Origin: Octopus sinensis
Lineage: Eukaryota
Direction: 5' to 3'
Assembly: GCF_006345805.1 (NCBI RefSeq)
Contig: NW_021832744.1
Span: forward strand, 1 to 34,251
DNA length: 34,251 nt
Under the pieces are notes generated by a model. That model was not told the DNA's origin and ran no database searches. It was given only the letters and a program-made list of their open reading frames with translations. The translations under genes were made by a program, and so were the position numbers. Position 1 is the first letter of the stretch. Every line of letters starts with the position of its first letter. Shown here in pieces: positions 11,944-22,589 of the stretch.

Positions 11944-12250
11944 TTATTTATATATTCATATTATACAGATATATATATATACATTTAGATATGTGTATAA
12001 ATGTGTATGTATGAGTATATATGTATGTCTTATATTATAATATATGTGTGTGTGTGTGTTGTATCGACCCCATTGCGTAACTGGTATATTTAATCAACCC
12101 CAGAAGGATGAAAGGCAAAGTCGACCTCGGTGGAATTTGAACTCAGAACATAACGACAGAAAAAATACTGCTTAACATTTCGCCCGGCGTGCTAACGTTC
12201 CTGCCAGCTTGCCCCCACCCCAAGAAAAAAATATATATTAAAAAACTTAC

Positions 12251-12421
12251 GTGTAATATCCGGAGGAAGCCATACTGAGAGCAAGGTCCACTGTTTTATG
12301 TTCAGCTCGTTGTGATAGATCCAAACAATTTCCGAGTTGTTCCACAGAGTTGTGTCCGCAAAGGCTAATGGATAACTAACGCCACCTTTTGCCATCTGCA
12401 ATATGTTGCTGCGGTCAGTTC
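12251..12421 (-). CDS. DD3-3: DD3-3-like coding exon 12: GTDRSNILQ...WIYHNELNIK / VDLALSMASSGYYT (1-nt deletion as assembled)
   Basis: Acceptor tatttgtcag|, donor AC|gtaagt. 171 nt where 172 is needed for phase 1-2. The frame switches near an A run at about 12295. Confidence 0.88.
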
Positions 12422-12424
12422 CTG

Positions 12425-12745
12425 ACAAATATGGGAATAATCATAGAAATAATCATAGAAATAATCTTAGAAATAACCATAGAAATAATCATAGAAATAA
12501 TCATAGAAATAATCATAGGAATAATCATAGAAATAATCATAGAAATAATCATAGAAATAATCATAGAAATAATCATAGAAATAATCATAGAAATAATCTT
12601 AGAAATAATCATAGAAATAATCATAGAAATAATCATAGAAATAATCATAGAAATAATCATAGAAATAACCATAGAAATAATCATAGAAATAATCATAGAA
12701 ATAATCATAGGAATAATCATAGAAATAATCATAGTAATAATCATA
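12425..12745. repeat. 12-bp minisatellite (agaaataatcat)n, about 26 copies
   Basis: Direct reading; few variant units. Confidence 0.95.
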
Positions 12746-12768
12746 GAAAAAACACAAGTTTTCGATGA

Positions 12769-14008
12769 TGAGCGAAAGACTCGAATCCTCGGAACATCTG
12801 AATGTATCCAACAAGTTCAACAGACCATTGATTACACTCCCAGAAAGTCCATGTATCAGAAGGAACAGTCAGAAATCCTTATATATAAAAATGTAGTTGT
12901 GTGTGTGTCTGTCTACACCGATTTAGATTCCTAACTACTCCCACATTTTGCGGTGCAGTTTAATCAAAAGCGAGTATCTTATAGTCGTGATTCATATCGA
13001 GCCCTTCTGTGTATTAGCGCGCGTCTACGATGAGTCTACGATTTAAAAAAAAAAATCACCATATTTTTTCCGCATTTTTAATGCATTTTCGCTCGGTTTC
13101 TATAAGGGAAGTAACTCTAAAAATGCTTATATAGTTATTTCCCTTACAAACCCGAGCAACGCCGGGCGATACTGCTAGTGTTGTATATAATGAGGAAAGG
13201 TCAATTTGTCAGAAAGAGCAAAAGAAAATCACTACATCAGATATTAAAGGTTCTTGAACAAACTGAAAAATCCAGCAGAAGAAGATTTGATTTGATTTTT
13301 TTCTTAAACGAGAAAAACTTCGACCGAGATCAAAAAGTTAACAGAAGAAATGACAGATGGTTATGTGCAGACCCTTCTGAAGTTCCAAGTGTTATGCACA
13401 CAAAATTTCCTGCAACCGTCATGGTTTTAGGAGTTGTCAGCAAGGAAGGACATGTAATGTCTCCTTACTTCTTTCCACAAAGCCTTAGAGTTAACTCTGC
13501 CGCCTACTTTGAGGTCCTGGAAATAATTGTTAAGTCCTGGATAAACAGTGTATACAATGGAAGGTCGTATGCGTTTCAGTAAAACTCTGTACTATCACAG
13601 ATGGCTCTAGTAACACAGCAATGGATGATTGAAAAATTTCATGATCACATAACCCCTAACACTTGGCCTCCTAATTCTTCAGATCTCAATCCATTGGACT
13701 ATTACATGTGGAGTGTTGTTGAGAGAGGGGTCAATGAATATGCCCATAACACCAAAGATTCTTTGAAAGCTGACATATTCAGAGTAATGTCCAAAATGAA
13801 CCAGGACCACTTGATTTGAGCATGTAGTTGATTTAGATCTCATATAGAAGCAGTTGTTGAAGCTGAAGGTGGCTTTATTGAATAACATTAGAGGAAAGAA
13901 GGTTTATTTTTATCCTCAAAGCATTTTTTGATAAAGTTATTATTTGTTATATGTTTTTTAAAAAAATAAACTTTAGTCTGACCTGAAAATTATTTTACGC
14001 ACCCTGTA
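12769..14008 (+). mobile_element. Tc1/mariner (maT/DD37D-like) transposon remnant, degraded, interrupted by a Helitron
   Basis: ECIQQVQQTIDYTPRKSM (HTH region), FFLNEKNF..DQKVNRRNDRW, VMVLGVVS, WPPNSSDLNPLDYYMW. The right end ...cgcaccctg|TA fits a CAG-starting TIR with a TA target. Left TIR not found. Confidence 0.85.
12876..13178 (+). mobile_element. Non-autonomous Helitron (short variant), nested in the transposase
   Basis: a|TC...hairpin cccgagcaacgccggg...CTAG|t; A/T insertion site, no TSD. Confidence 0.85.
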
Positions 14009-14080
14009 TGTGTGTGTGTGTTATATAATATATATATATATATACATATATATATTATATATATACATACTATATATATA

Positions 14081-14112
<32 letters not shown>

Positions 14113-14599
14113 TGTATTGTTTATATACTATTATATATTCTTATACATATGTGTGTGCATATATATGTGTCTGTATATATTCATTTGTGTATATATGCAT
14201 ATGTATGTGTCTATGTGTGTATCACGCACTAAGCTCTAGGGACCTTTTTTTTTTTAAACAGTTAAGCCAAATAGAATTCTAAGATGCCATCCACCAGAAA
14301 AGCCAATGTTTAAAAGTTCTCGTTTGTGTTTTCCAAATGCTGAAAGCTTTCAAAATAATTTATAGAGTTAACGCCAAACTTATAATGTTTCCTAAGGGAA
14401 AGCACTCTGCCCTTGTACGATTTGACAATTACCCCCCCCCCCTTTGTTTATCTACACTTTCTCCACGCTCAACTCGTAAAAGCTTGTTGTTGTTGTTGTT
14501 GTTCTTGGTAGTGGTGGTGGTGTTTAGCCCCTGGTGGTCATATATCGAGTAGAAAGTGAAAAGCATTCCAGCCGTGGCCATATTATGCTCTAAGAATTC

Positions 14600-14684
14600 T
14601 ACTTCAAGATAATAATAATAATAATAATAATATAATAATAATGATGATGATGATGATAATAATAATAATGATATGATAATCAAT

Positions 14685-14717
<33 letters not shown>

Positions 14718-14967
14718 AATAATGATGATGATGATGTGATAATAATAATAATGATAATGATAATATATAATAATTAATAATAATAATAATAATAATTAAT
14801 AATAATAATAATAATAATTATAAAATAATAATAATTAATACTAATAAATAATAATAATAATTAATATATAATAATAATTAATAATAATAATTAATAATAA
14901 TACTAATAAAATAATAATAATAATAATAATAATAATAATTAATAAATCAATAATAATAATAATGATA

Positions 14968-15022
<55 letters not shown>

Positions 15023-15033
15023 TTATAATAATG

Positions 15034-15082
<49 letters not shown>

Positions 15083-15118
15083 TAATATAATGATAATAAT
15101 GATAATAATAATAATAAT
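14600..15118. repeat. (AAT)n/(GAT)n microsatellite (similar runs at 16137-16723, 32750-33220 and 33600-34100)
   Basis: Direct reading. Confidence 0.95.
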
Positions 15119-15126
15119 GTTTTTAC

Positions 15127-15180
15127 CATCTGTGCCTTGTCCAGCATTGCCATTATTTCTGTTGTTGTGCGTGTTGCTCC
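15127..15180 (-). CDS. DD3-3: DD3-3-like coding exon 11: GSNTHNNRNNGNAGQGTD
   Basis: Acceptor ttcttcacag|, donor GATG|gtaaaa, 54 nt, phase 1-1; completes HIQWTGSNTHNN. Confidence 0.9.
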
Positions 15181-15665
15181 CTGTGAAGAAAGGAATGAGA
15201 ATATTAAGGAACCCCAGAACATGGATAGAATGTAGAATATTTAACAATTGCAGGCGTGGGTTGGGGAGGTGTTGCAAAATGTTAGCTTCGCAACCACATG
15301 GTTCCGGGTTCATTCCCACTGCGTGACACCTTGGGTAAGTGTCTTCTACAATAGCCCTGGACTGACCAAAGCCTTGTGAGTGGATTTGGTAGACGGAAAC
15401 TGAAGGAAGCCTATATATATATACATATATATATATCAAGCTTTTTACTGTCCCTTCTGTCTAGGCCCGCTGGCTCGGGCTAGGAGACGGGCTGTAGCAT
15501 CTAGGGCCACGCTACTCAAACTTTTCACTAACCAGGACCCCTTTTATTTAAATGGGTTTCCCCACGGACCCCAGGATATTGAAAGGTTTGTCAGTGAATT
15601 TAGTTTACAGACTACCTTTGGATAGATAGATTGACAGATAGATAGATAGATAGATAGATAGATAA

Positions 15666-15696
<31 letters not shown>

Positions 15697-15752
15697 TACA
15701 CACATACACGCACCCACACAAGAAAACACGCACACAAGAACATACACACACC

Positions 15753-15791
<39 letters not shown>

Positions 15792-15822
15792 ACATGCCTT
15801 ACATCTGTGACCCCAGGCTCAC

Positions 15823-16114
15823 CAGTCCACTGGATGTGCACCAGGTCCTCGGAATCCATTTCGAGATTGTTGGGCACAAAATCGTACTCCACAGCCGGGA
15901 ACACTTGTACGATGTTGCCCCGTTTCCCGCGGACGTTCAGGTTGTTGATGGTCTCGTTGTCCAAGCCTGGGGACGGGGCATCAAGTGGAAATACGTGGCT
16001 CTGTCCTGGAAGGTTCTGCCGAACTGGGCAGTGTTGATTGCCAACTGGAGTTCTTGACCAGCAAGTTTCACGACCGGGTTTGTTTTGAACAGGGACTCTA
16101 TTCCTTCTCTCTCT
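15823..16114 (-). CDS. DD3-3: DD3-3-like coding exon 10: GIESLFKTNPV...LAINTAQFGRTFQDR / ...NLNVRGKRGNIVQVFPAVEYDF...VHIQWT (net -1 frameshift as assembled)
   Basis: Acceptor ctctttcag|, donor CTG|gtgagc. 292 nt where 293 is needed for phase 2-1. The two halves appear in different track ORFs (15937..16137 and 15605..16135). Confidence 0.9.
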
Positions 16115-16186
16115 CTGAAAGAGTAAAACAAGCACAATAATAATAATAATAATAATAATAATATAATAATAATAATAATAATATAA

Positions 16187-16233
<47 letters not shown>

Positions 16234-16265
16234 TAATAATGATGATATAATAAATAATAATAATG

Positions 16266-16299
<34 letters not shown>

Positions 16300-16534
16300 T
16301 AATAATAATAATAATAATAATTATGATAATAATAATAATAATAATATAATAATTAATAATAATATAATGATAATAATTAATAATATAATAATAATATAAT
16401 ATGATAATAAATAATATAATAATAATAATAATAATAATAATGATAATAATAATAATAATAATATAATGATAATAATAATAATAATAATAATAATATAATA
16501 ATAATAATAGTAATAATAATAATAATATATAATG

Positions 16535-16606
<72 letters not shown>

Positions 16607-16723
16607 TAATAATAATAATAATAATAATATATAATAATAATAATATTATGATAATAATATAATAATAATATAATAATCATAATAATAATAATAATAATAA
16701 TATATAATAATAATAATAATAAT

Positions 16724-17225
16724 AAATGCCCTGATGCAGTCCCAGGCAGTGGCTCTCATGGCTTCTGATCTTAACTGATTGGAAGTGTTATCATGTACAT
16801 TGTTTTGTCTTGGTATAAAAAGATGGCCTACATCAAATATTCTGCTCAATAACCACAGATTTGCTTGTCCAGTTGTGTTTGACCTTAACCAGTTGATTAT
16901 GTCCCTTGGTGGCTGACGATATGTGCCATCTCTGATCACGAGCAAAGTAGTGGGGGAGCATCATAGCCATGTGTTGAGAGGAATTCTTGGGGTTTGAATA
17001 ATTCACCTCTGGAAACAGGGTGGTTCTTTCAACATCCTTAACACAACCTTATTCAGGACCTTTTGAGCGGGATGGGTTACTCGACCAGAAGAAAATTCTA
17101 ACTGGGCCCCACCCGCAAGGTCATGTGCTGTTTACCTTGATATGAGATCAGCATGTCACGCACATATGGTTGTGATGCATGTGCCTGGTGTACCCTTATC
17201 AGACGGGTAGTCATGATGGGTATAA
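16724..17225 (-). mobile_element. Dispersed repeat, probably a retroposon 3' end with (TTA)n tail
   Basis: Partial second copy at about 25600-25745; abuts a long (AAT)n run. Confidence 0.55.
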
Positions 17226-17339
17226 TGGGTTTTCATATATTTTACCGCAGAGTCACTTTGATGGCATGTATTGCTCTCTCACTCAATAATAATAATAATA
17301 ATAATCATCATGATGATGATAATAATAATAATAATGATG

Positions 17340-17391
<52 letters not shown>

Positions 17392-17739
17392 CATAAGAAC
17401 TATTACTACCCATGTATTTTAATTTAACTTAAATAAAAAAAATGAACGAACTATTGAGTTTAGTTTAATGGCCTACCAATGTATACTATGAGTTTCTTTG
17501 CCCTAGGAGTCGGGATGACACTCGGCAAGAAATGGAAGCAAATTTGAAAGAAGAAGAAAAAAATAATAATAATAATAATAATAATAGTAATGTCAAATGT
17601 TTTGATCAGTGACTTTTGACCTAGCCTATATTTCTGATCGATATTTTTTTTCTAACCGATCAGTCAACCACGAACGGCTTTAGCTTAATTTAAAAACGAA
17701 AAAGAAAACGAGACACGACGGTCTCGGTTCTCGACTTAC

Positions 17740-17802
17740 AACGTCTTCGTTGTCTTCAGACGTTTGTCTCTGTTGTGGAATAGTCTCCGTCTAATGTTAT
17801 AC
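17740..17802 (-). CDS. DD3-3: DD3-3-like coding exon 9 (RYNI...; internal reading frame ambiguous)
   Basis: Acceptor ttcttttgcag|, donor TT|gtaagt, 63 nt, phase 2-2. Begins R-Y-N-I as expected; the GDY motif lies in a shifted frame. Confidence 0.78.
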
Positions 17803-18098
17803 CTGCAAAAGAAAGCGTTTCACACGTGCTTAGTTCTTTAGCAATACAATGAATGGTGGGTGAATGAAATGCGGTGAAGATCTGATTACAATATGTCTGC
17901 TTTTAAATTGAGTCCGGTTTTGATATCAATAGCAAATTCAGGACGACTTACAGTTGACAACGCTGGAACATTTATAACCGTCGTTAAACTGGGAGGACAT
18001 TAATGTGGCGGCACAGTGGCCCAGTGGCTAGGGCAGCGGACTGGTGGTCGTAGGATCGCGGTTTCGATTCCCAGACCGAGCATTGTGAGTGTTTATTG

Positions 18099-18650
18099 AG
18101 CTCTTCTTATCGGTTGTGTTATTATCAAGCGTTGAAGTAACTTCTGCTTCATATATGACGGATTTATTCATACATCGCTGGTCGAGACGAGACCAACACC
18201 AAAAGTCCGCTCCCAGTTGTAACTGTTGATACACACGAACCTGTCCACTCAACAAGCGATGTATGGTTAAATCCGTCATATATGAGAGAGAAGTTACTGC
18301 AACGCTTGATAATAACGCAAACTGATAAGAAGAGCTATATCGGACTATGTGAAAGAGGATTCAAGAATCACTATAAGAATCACATATCTTCCTTCCGACA
18401 CAGAGACAAAAGCAAAGTTACTAAGTAGGTGCAGTTTGAAACCGAACGCAACACGACATACGATAAAGTGGAAAATAACCGAAAAATCAACCCCATATAA
18501 CAACGGATCAAAAAAAAATGTAAGGCATGCGTAACCGAAAGAACTCGGATCCGTTTTCGATCTAAGAACTCTAACTCACTGCTGAACTTTAGATCCGAAA
18601 TTTTCAGTGGTTGCAAGCATATGCCTAAGTTCCTGTTGAAGAATTGGGGA
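18099..18650 (+). mobile_element. Penelope-like element GIY-YIG endonuclease remnant with an inverted partial duplicate
   Basis: CNC...CPLNKRCMVKSVIYE...KSYIG...FKNHYKNH..SF...IKWKI...CKAC...LNFRSE...CKH, with stops and frameshifts. Confidence 0.8.
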
Positions 18651-18685
18651 GTACTTCACCCATTATATTGAATAAATGTACCATA

Positions 18686-18856
18686 GGCGTAGGAATGGCT
18701 GTGTGGTAAGTAGCTTGCTAACCAACCACATGGTTGCGCGTTCAGTCCCACTGCGTGGCATCTTGAGCAAGTGTCTTCTGCTATAGCCCCGGGCCGACCA
18801 ATGCCTTGTGAGTGGATTTGGTAGACGGAAACTGAAAGAAGCCTGTTGTAAATATG

Positions 18857-18909
<53 letters not shown>

Positions 18910-19130
18910 TGTGTGTATGTTTGTGTGTCTGTGTTTGTCCCCCTTGCATTGCTTGACAACCGATGCTGGTGTGTTTACGTCCCCGTCACTTAGCGGTTCG
19001 GCAAAAGAGACCGATAGAATAAGTACTGGGCTTACAAAAGAATTAGTCCCGGGGTCGACTTGCTCGATTAAAGGCGGTGCTCCAGCATGGCCGCAGTCAA
19101 ATGACTGAAACAAGTAAAAAGTAAAAGAGT
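18686..19130 (+). mobile_element. tRNA-headed composite SINE family A with an internal (TA)n(GT)n tract
   Basis: A-box tggctgtgtggt, B-box-like gttcagtccc, conserved body ending aaggcggtgctccagcatggccgcagtcaaatgactgaaacaagtaaaagag; many copies in the window. Confidence 0.85.
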
Positions 19131-19148
19131 ATATATATCTTATATATA

Positions 19149-19196
<48 letters not shown>

Positions 19197-19525
19197 GTGT
19201 GTGTTTGTCTGTATATGGCACGAGTCGATGTCCATGACCATGCACACATGAAGTGTGGAGAAGAAGACGGAAGATGGCAAGAGGTTATCAAAGACATTTG
19301 TGAATCGACGACGTCAAAGAATGGCCTGGAAACGAGAGCCTGACTGGCTGCATGCACGCAACACGACAGAGAAGGAACTGGAAAGTCTTTTGGTAATGCC
19401 GATACCCTGGACACAAGGAGTACACCTGGCTGATGGCTACATCTCTTCAATAATGGTATGATGATAGGGTGACTCACCTGAAAACTTGAGCAATTTACAT
19501 TTTGGAAAAAATCATATTAACTCAC

Positions 19526-19630
19526 CTGGCTCTGTAGACACAACGCATTTCGCTGCCAGAAGGGAAATAAGGGAGTTTCCAGTCGAAAGAATTGGTTTCT
19601 CCGCCGATCCCATTGCCTAAATGATTTAAT
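19526..19630 (-). CDS. DD3-3: DD3-3-like coding exon 8: RLNHLGNGIGGETNSFDWKLPYFPSGSEMRCVYRA
   Basis: Acceptor ccctcacacag|, donor CCAG|gtgagt, 105 nt, phase 2-2, open. Confidence 0.93.
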
Positions 19631-19795
19631 CTGTGTGAGGGAGAGAAGAAAAACGATTAGAGAAAGACATGTAGACTTTCATGTTAAATTAGCAGTGATG
19701 TATTGTTTCGAGTTCAAATGGTTTCTAATATTTTGATAACTTAAAGCGGCGATCTGGCAGAATCGTTAGCACGCCGGGCGGAATGCTTAGTGGTA

Positions 19796-20528
19796 CTAGC
19801 AGTATAGCCCGGCATTGCTCGCGTTTGTTTTTTTTAGTTGTGCTTAAAACGGCAGACTTTGATGTCACGTTAACGCAATTAGTTTTTCTCACAAAAAAAT
19901 CGATTGAAATTGCTGAATTGTAGCAGTTGACGACCTTGAAAATTAGTGCATCACGCAGCGAACATTACTCCTCTGCATGAGATCAGCTGATCCATCGTTC
20001 GCTCAAAACCAATGACATCACAAAAAAATTCTTTTCAACCCTTTAGAATTGGAATTTTTGAAAAGTAAAAATTTTGCATTATGTAGCAGTCGACCTTAGC
20101 GGAATTTGAACTCAGAACGTAAAGACAGACGAAACCTATACACATAAAACCGAAGTTGTGTGTGTGTGTATGGCAGGTTTGGTAGCCTTCAACTAACACT
20201 ATCTCCTCCGAGACCCTGTGGCGCAAGTTGACCAAAATTGAGAGTATGATAAAAGAAGGCTTGCTCTTCATTCTGTAGAAGAAAAAATTCGAATCGAACC
20301 GTGTTAACACCAAAAATTATTCACATCAAAAAGATGCTTTTTTTTTCTATGAAAATCCCTATTTTTTTCAATTTTGACTGCTGTGTCGCCATTTTTCGGT
20401 GTATTTCAACCAGAAAAATGTTCACTTAAAGAGAATAACAAGCTACATAATGCAGAATTTTTACTTTTCAAAAATTCCAATTCTAAAGGGTCGAAATAAA
20501 CCCGAGAAACGCCGGGCGATACTGCTAG
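19796..20528. mobile_element. Second Helitron family, rearranged: minus-strand 3' part (19796-20087) and plus-strand copy (20135-20528)
   Basis: Hairpin-CTAG at both outer ends; shared ~50-bp segment at 20038-20087 and 20442-20491 in inverted orientation. Confidence 0.7.
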
Positions 20529-20546
20529 TTTTAAGATAAGACTTGC

Positions 20547-20697
20547 CTATTAACTGGAGCCTGTGAACAGAAGGGTTTTTCAGGGGCAACCATACACTCT
20601 TTTTTTGTGATATTCTTCGTGTCATAAGGGATTCCCCAAATGTAATTGATTTTGGTTGATTTTCTAGCGCTCACACATTCTTCGACAGTTTTCAATT
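20547..20697 (-). CDS. DD3-3: DD3-3-like coding exon 7: ELKTVEEC...WGIPY...ECMVAPEKPFCSQAPVN (GC donor)
   Basis: Acceptor tctgttccag| after a long pyrimidine tract, 151 nt open, phase 1-2, donor AATAG|gcaagt. Absent from the ORF track. Confidence 0.88.
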
Positions 20698-20722
20698 CTG
20701 GAACAGAAAGAAGAAAAGAAAA

Positions 20723-21232
20723 TCTATATATATAAAACTTAGTTGTGTGAGTGTCTGTCCCCTTCGATTTAGATTCCTAACTACTCCCACATTTTGCTGT
20801 GCAGTTTAACCAAATTCGGGTTTCTTATAGTCGTAATTCATATCGAGCCCGTCTGGCTATTAGCGCGCGTCTACGATGAGTCTACGATTTAAAAATAATT
20901 TAACATCATTTTTTATTCCATTTTAATGCATATTTTTCGTGTGTCGATGGCGGCGGAGTTGGCGTCCACGGTCACACCTGCACCTGTTTGCTTCTCCCCC
21001 TTCTTCCCTCCCTCGTGAAGCTGTGGGGAAGGGAGTGTAAGGCAATCAGCGTCGTAAAGCGTTGTCAAGGAGACCAGCGTTCTTTTAGAACAATGACTTC
21101 ATGGCTTGAAGACACCAAAACAGAAATGGCTAAGAAAGCCCGAATTGGCATCTATAAGGGAAGTAACTCTCTAAAAATGCTTATATAGTTATTTCCCTTA
21201 CAAACCCGAGCAACGCCGTGCGATACTGCTAG
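20723..21232 (+). mobile_element. Non-autonomous Helitron (long ~510-bp variant)
   Basis: a|TCtatatatataaaa start, 3' hairpin and CTAG|t end; same family as 9619, 10127, 12876 and 27469. Confidence 0.85.
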
Positions 21233-21571
21233 TGATAAATAAAATAGAATTCGATACGTCCATCTTAGTTTTACTGCTGTCGCTCATTGGGTTACGACCA
21301 GGATTGGGAAAGGAGTGGAGTTGGAGTGGGAGGGGCGGTGAAGTCTGGCTGGGGTCGGGGTCAAGTGGAGTTGGGGTAAGGGTGGGGTTAAGGTCGAGTG
21401 GAGTTGGGAACGGGAGAGGGTAGGTGTCGATGTGGGCGTCACATACTAGGAGAAAGGTGGCAGTGTTTCGCTTGTGATGCGAGCGTGTGTATGCACATGT
21501 ATGTATGTACACGTAAACATATATAGATAGACATAGACATACGCACACACACACACATATGTGTGTGTGTG

Positions 21572-21782
21572 GAGGCGCAATGGCCCAGTGGTTAGAGCAG
21601 CGGACTCGTAACCGTAGGATCGCGGTTTCAATTCTGAGACTGGGCGATGCGATGGTTTATTGAGCGGAAACAACATAAACCCCCACGTGGCTCCAGCAGG
21701 GGGCGGTGGCGAACCCTGCTGTACTCTTTCACCACAACATTCCCTCACTCGTTCTTCCTGTTTCTGTTGTACCTGTATTTTC
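21572..21782 (+). mobile_element. tRNA-derived SINE family D (partial)
   Basis: ggaggcgcaatggcccagtggttagagcagcgg head; relatives at 18007-18098 and 32420-33243. Confidence 0.75.
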
Positions 21783-21923
21783 ATAATTGAATTGATAAAA
21801 GGTGGGTTTTTTTTCTAATTTATATATATACATATTATATTTTGTGAAATTTAATTTAGTTTTTCTAAATTGAATTTTTCCCTGTAAGTTTGGAATACTA
21901 TTCCCTCATATTATCATTATTCA

Positions 21924-21976
<53 letters not shown>

Positions 21977-21992
21977 TATATATATTATATAT

Positions 21993-22062
<70 letters not shown>

Positions 22063-22375
22063 AGAAAATGGAGAATAGATTTATTTCAATTCAACAACTT
22101 CCAGATAATACCAATTCATATAATTTATTAACTAATTATTTAGATTAAATAGGAACGTCCAAATCCAACAGAATAAGACAGAATCAAACAATATACATCA
22201 ATAAGTAAGATAATACCATAAGAATAATACATATAAACTTGATCTTACAGCTGTTTCAGCCTGTAGATAAGAGTATCTCATTATGCCCATATTAGTCAGA
22301 TGTATTGAGGTAATATGCATACACTCACACACACACACAAAATAAAAATGAAAGAAAGAAGGAAATTCTACCTAC

Positions 22376-22539
22376 CTGGTGCTAATTCCAAATAACTGGA
22401 AAATTGTACCCAAGTGCCCTTATGGCATTTGCATTCGAATGCGTTATTCCATCGGGATGCATGTCTCCTGACTCCATCGGGGTAGAACTGCACGCATTCT
22501 CCATAAGTATGACTGTTGAAGCTGTTTTTAATGTAATAG
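22376..22539 (-). CDS. DD3-3: DD3-3-like coding exon 6: SYYIKNSFN...GECVQFYPDG...SRWNNAFECKCHKGTWVQFSSYLELAP
   Basis: Acceptor ctgtttgtag|, donor CCAG|gtaggt, 164 nt, phase 2-1. Confidence 0.92.
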
Positions 22540-22589
22540 CTACAAACAGACGTGAAGACGAAATATGAAAGGGAGAAAAAAGGGGCAAC

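Noticed and set aside
12389-12934. RNNH / IIIE periodic ORFs; possible CRISPR-like array
   Set aside because: 12-bp minisatellite with no unique spacers, in a eukaryotic intron. Only the tail of the ORF is meaningful (mariner remnant).
21572-21650. tRNA-like sequences (also 11660-11735, 18007-18080 and SINE A heads)
   Set aside because: A/B boxes run straight into shared non-tRNA bodies and lack a complete cloverleaf; these are SINE heads, not tRNA genes.
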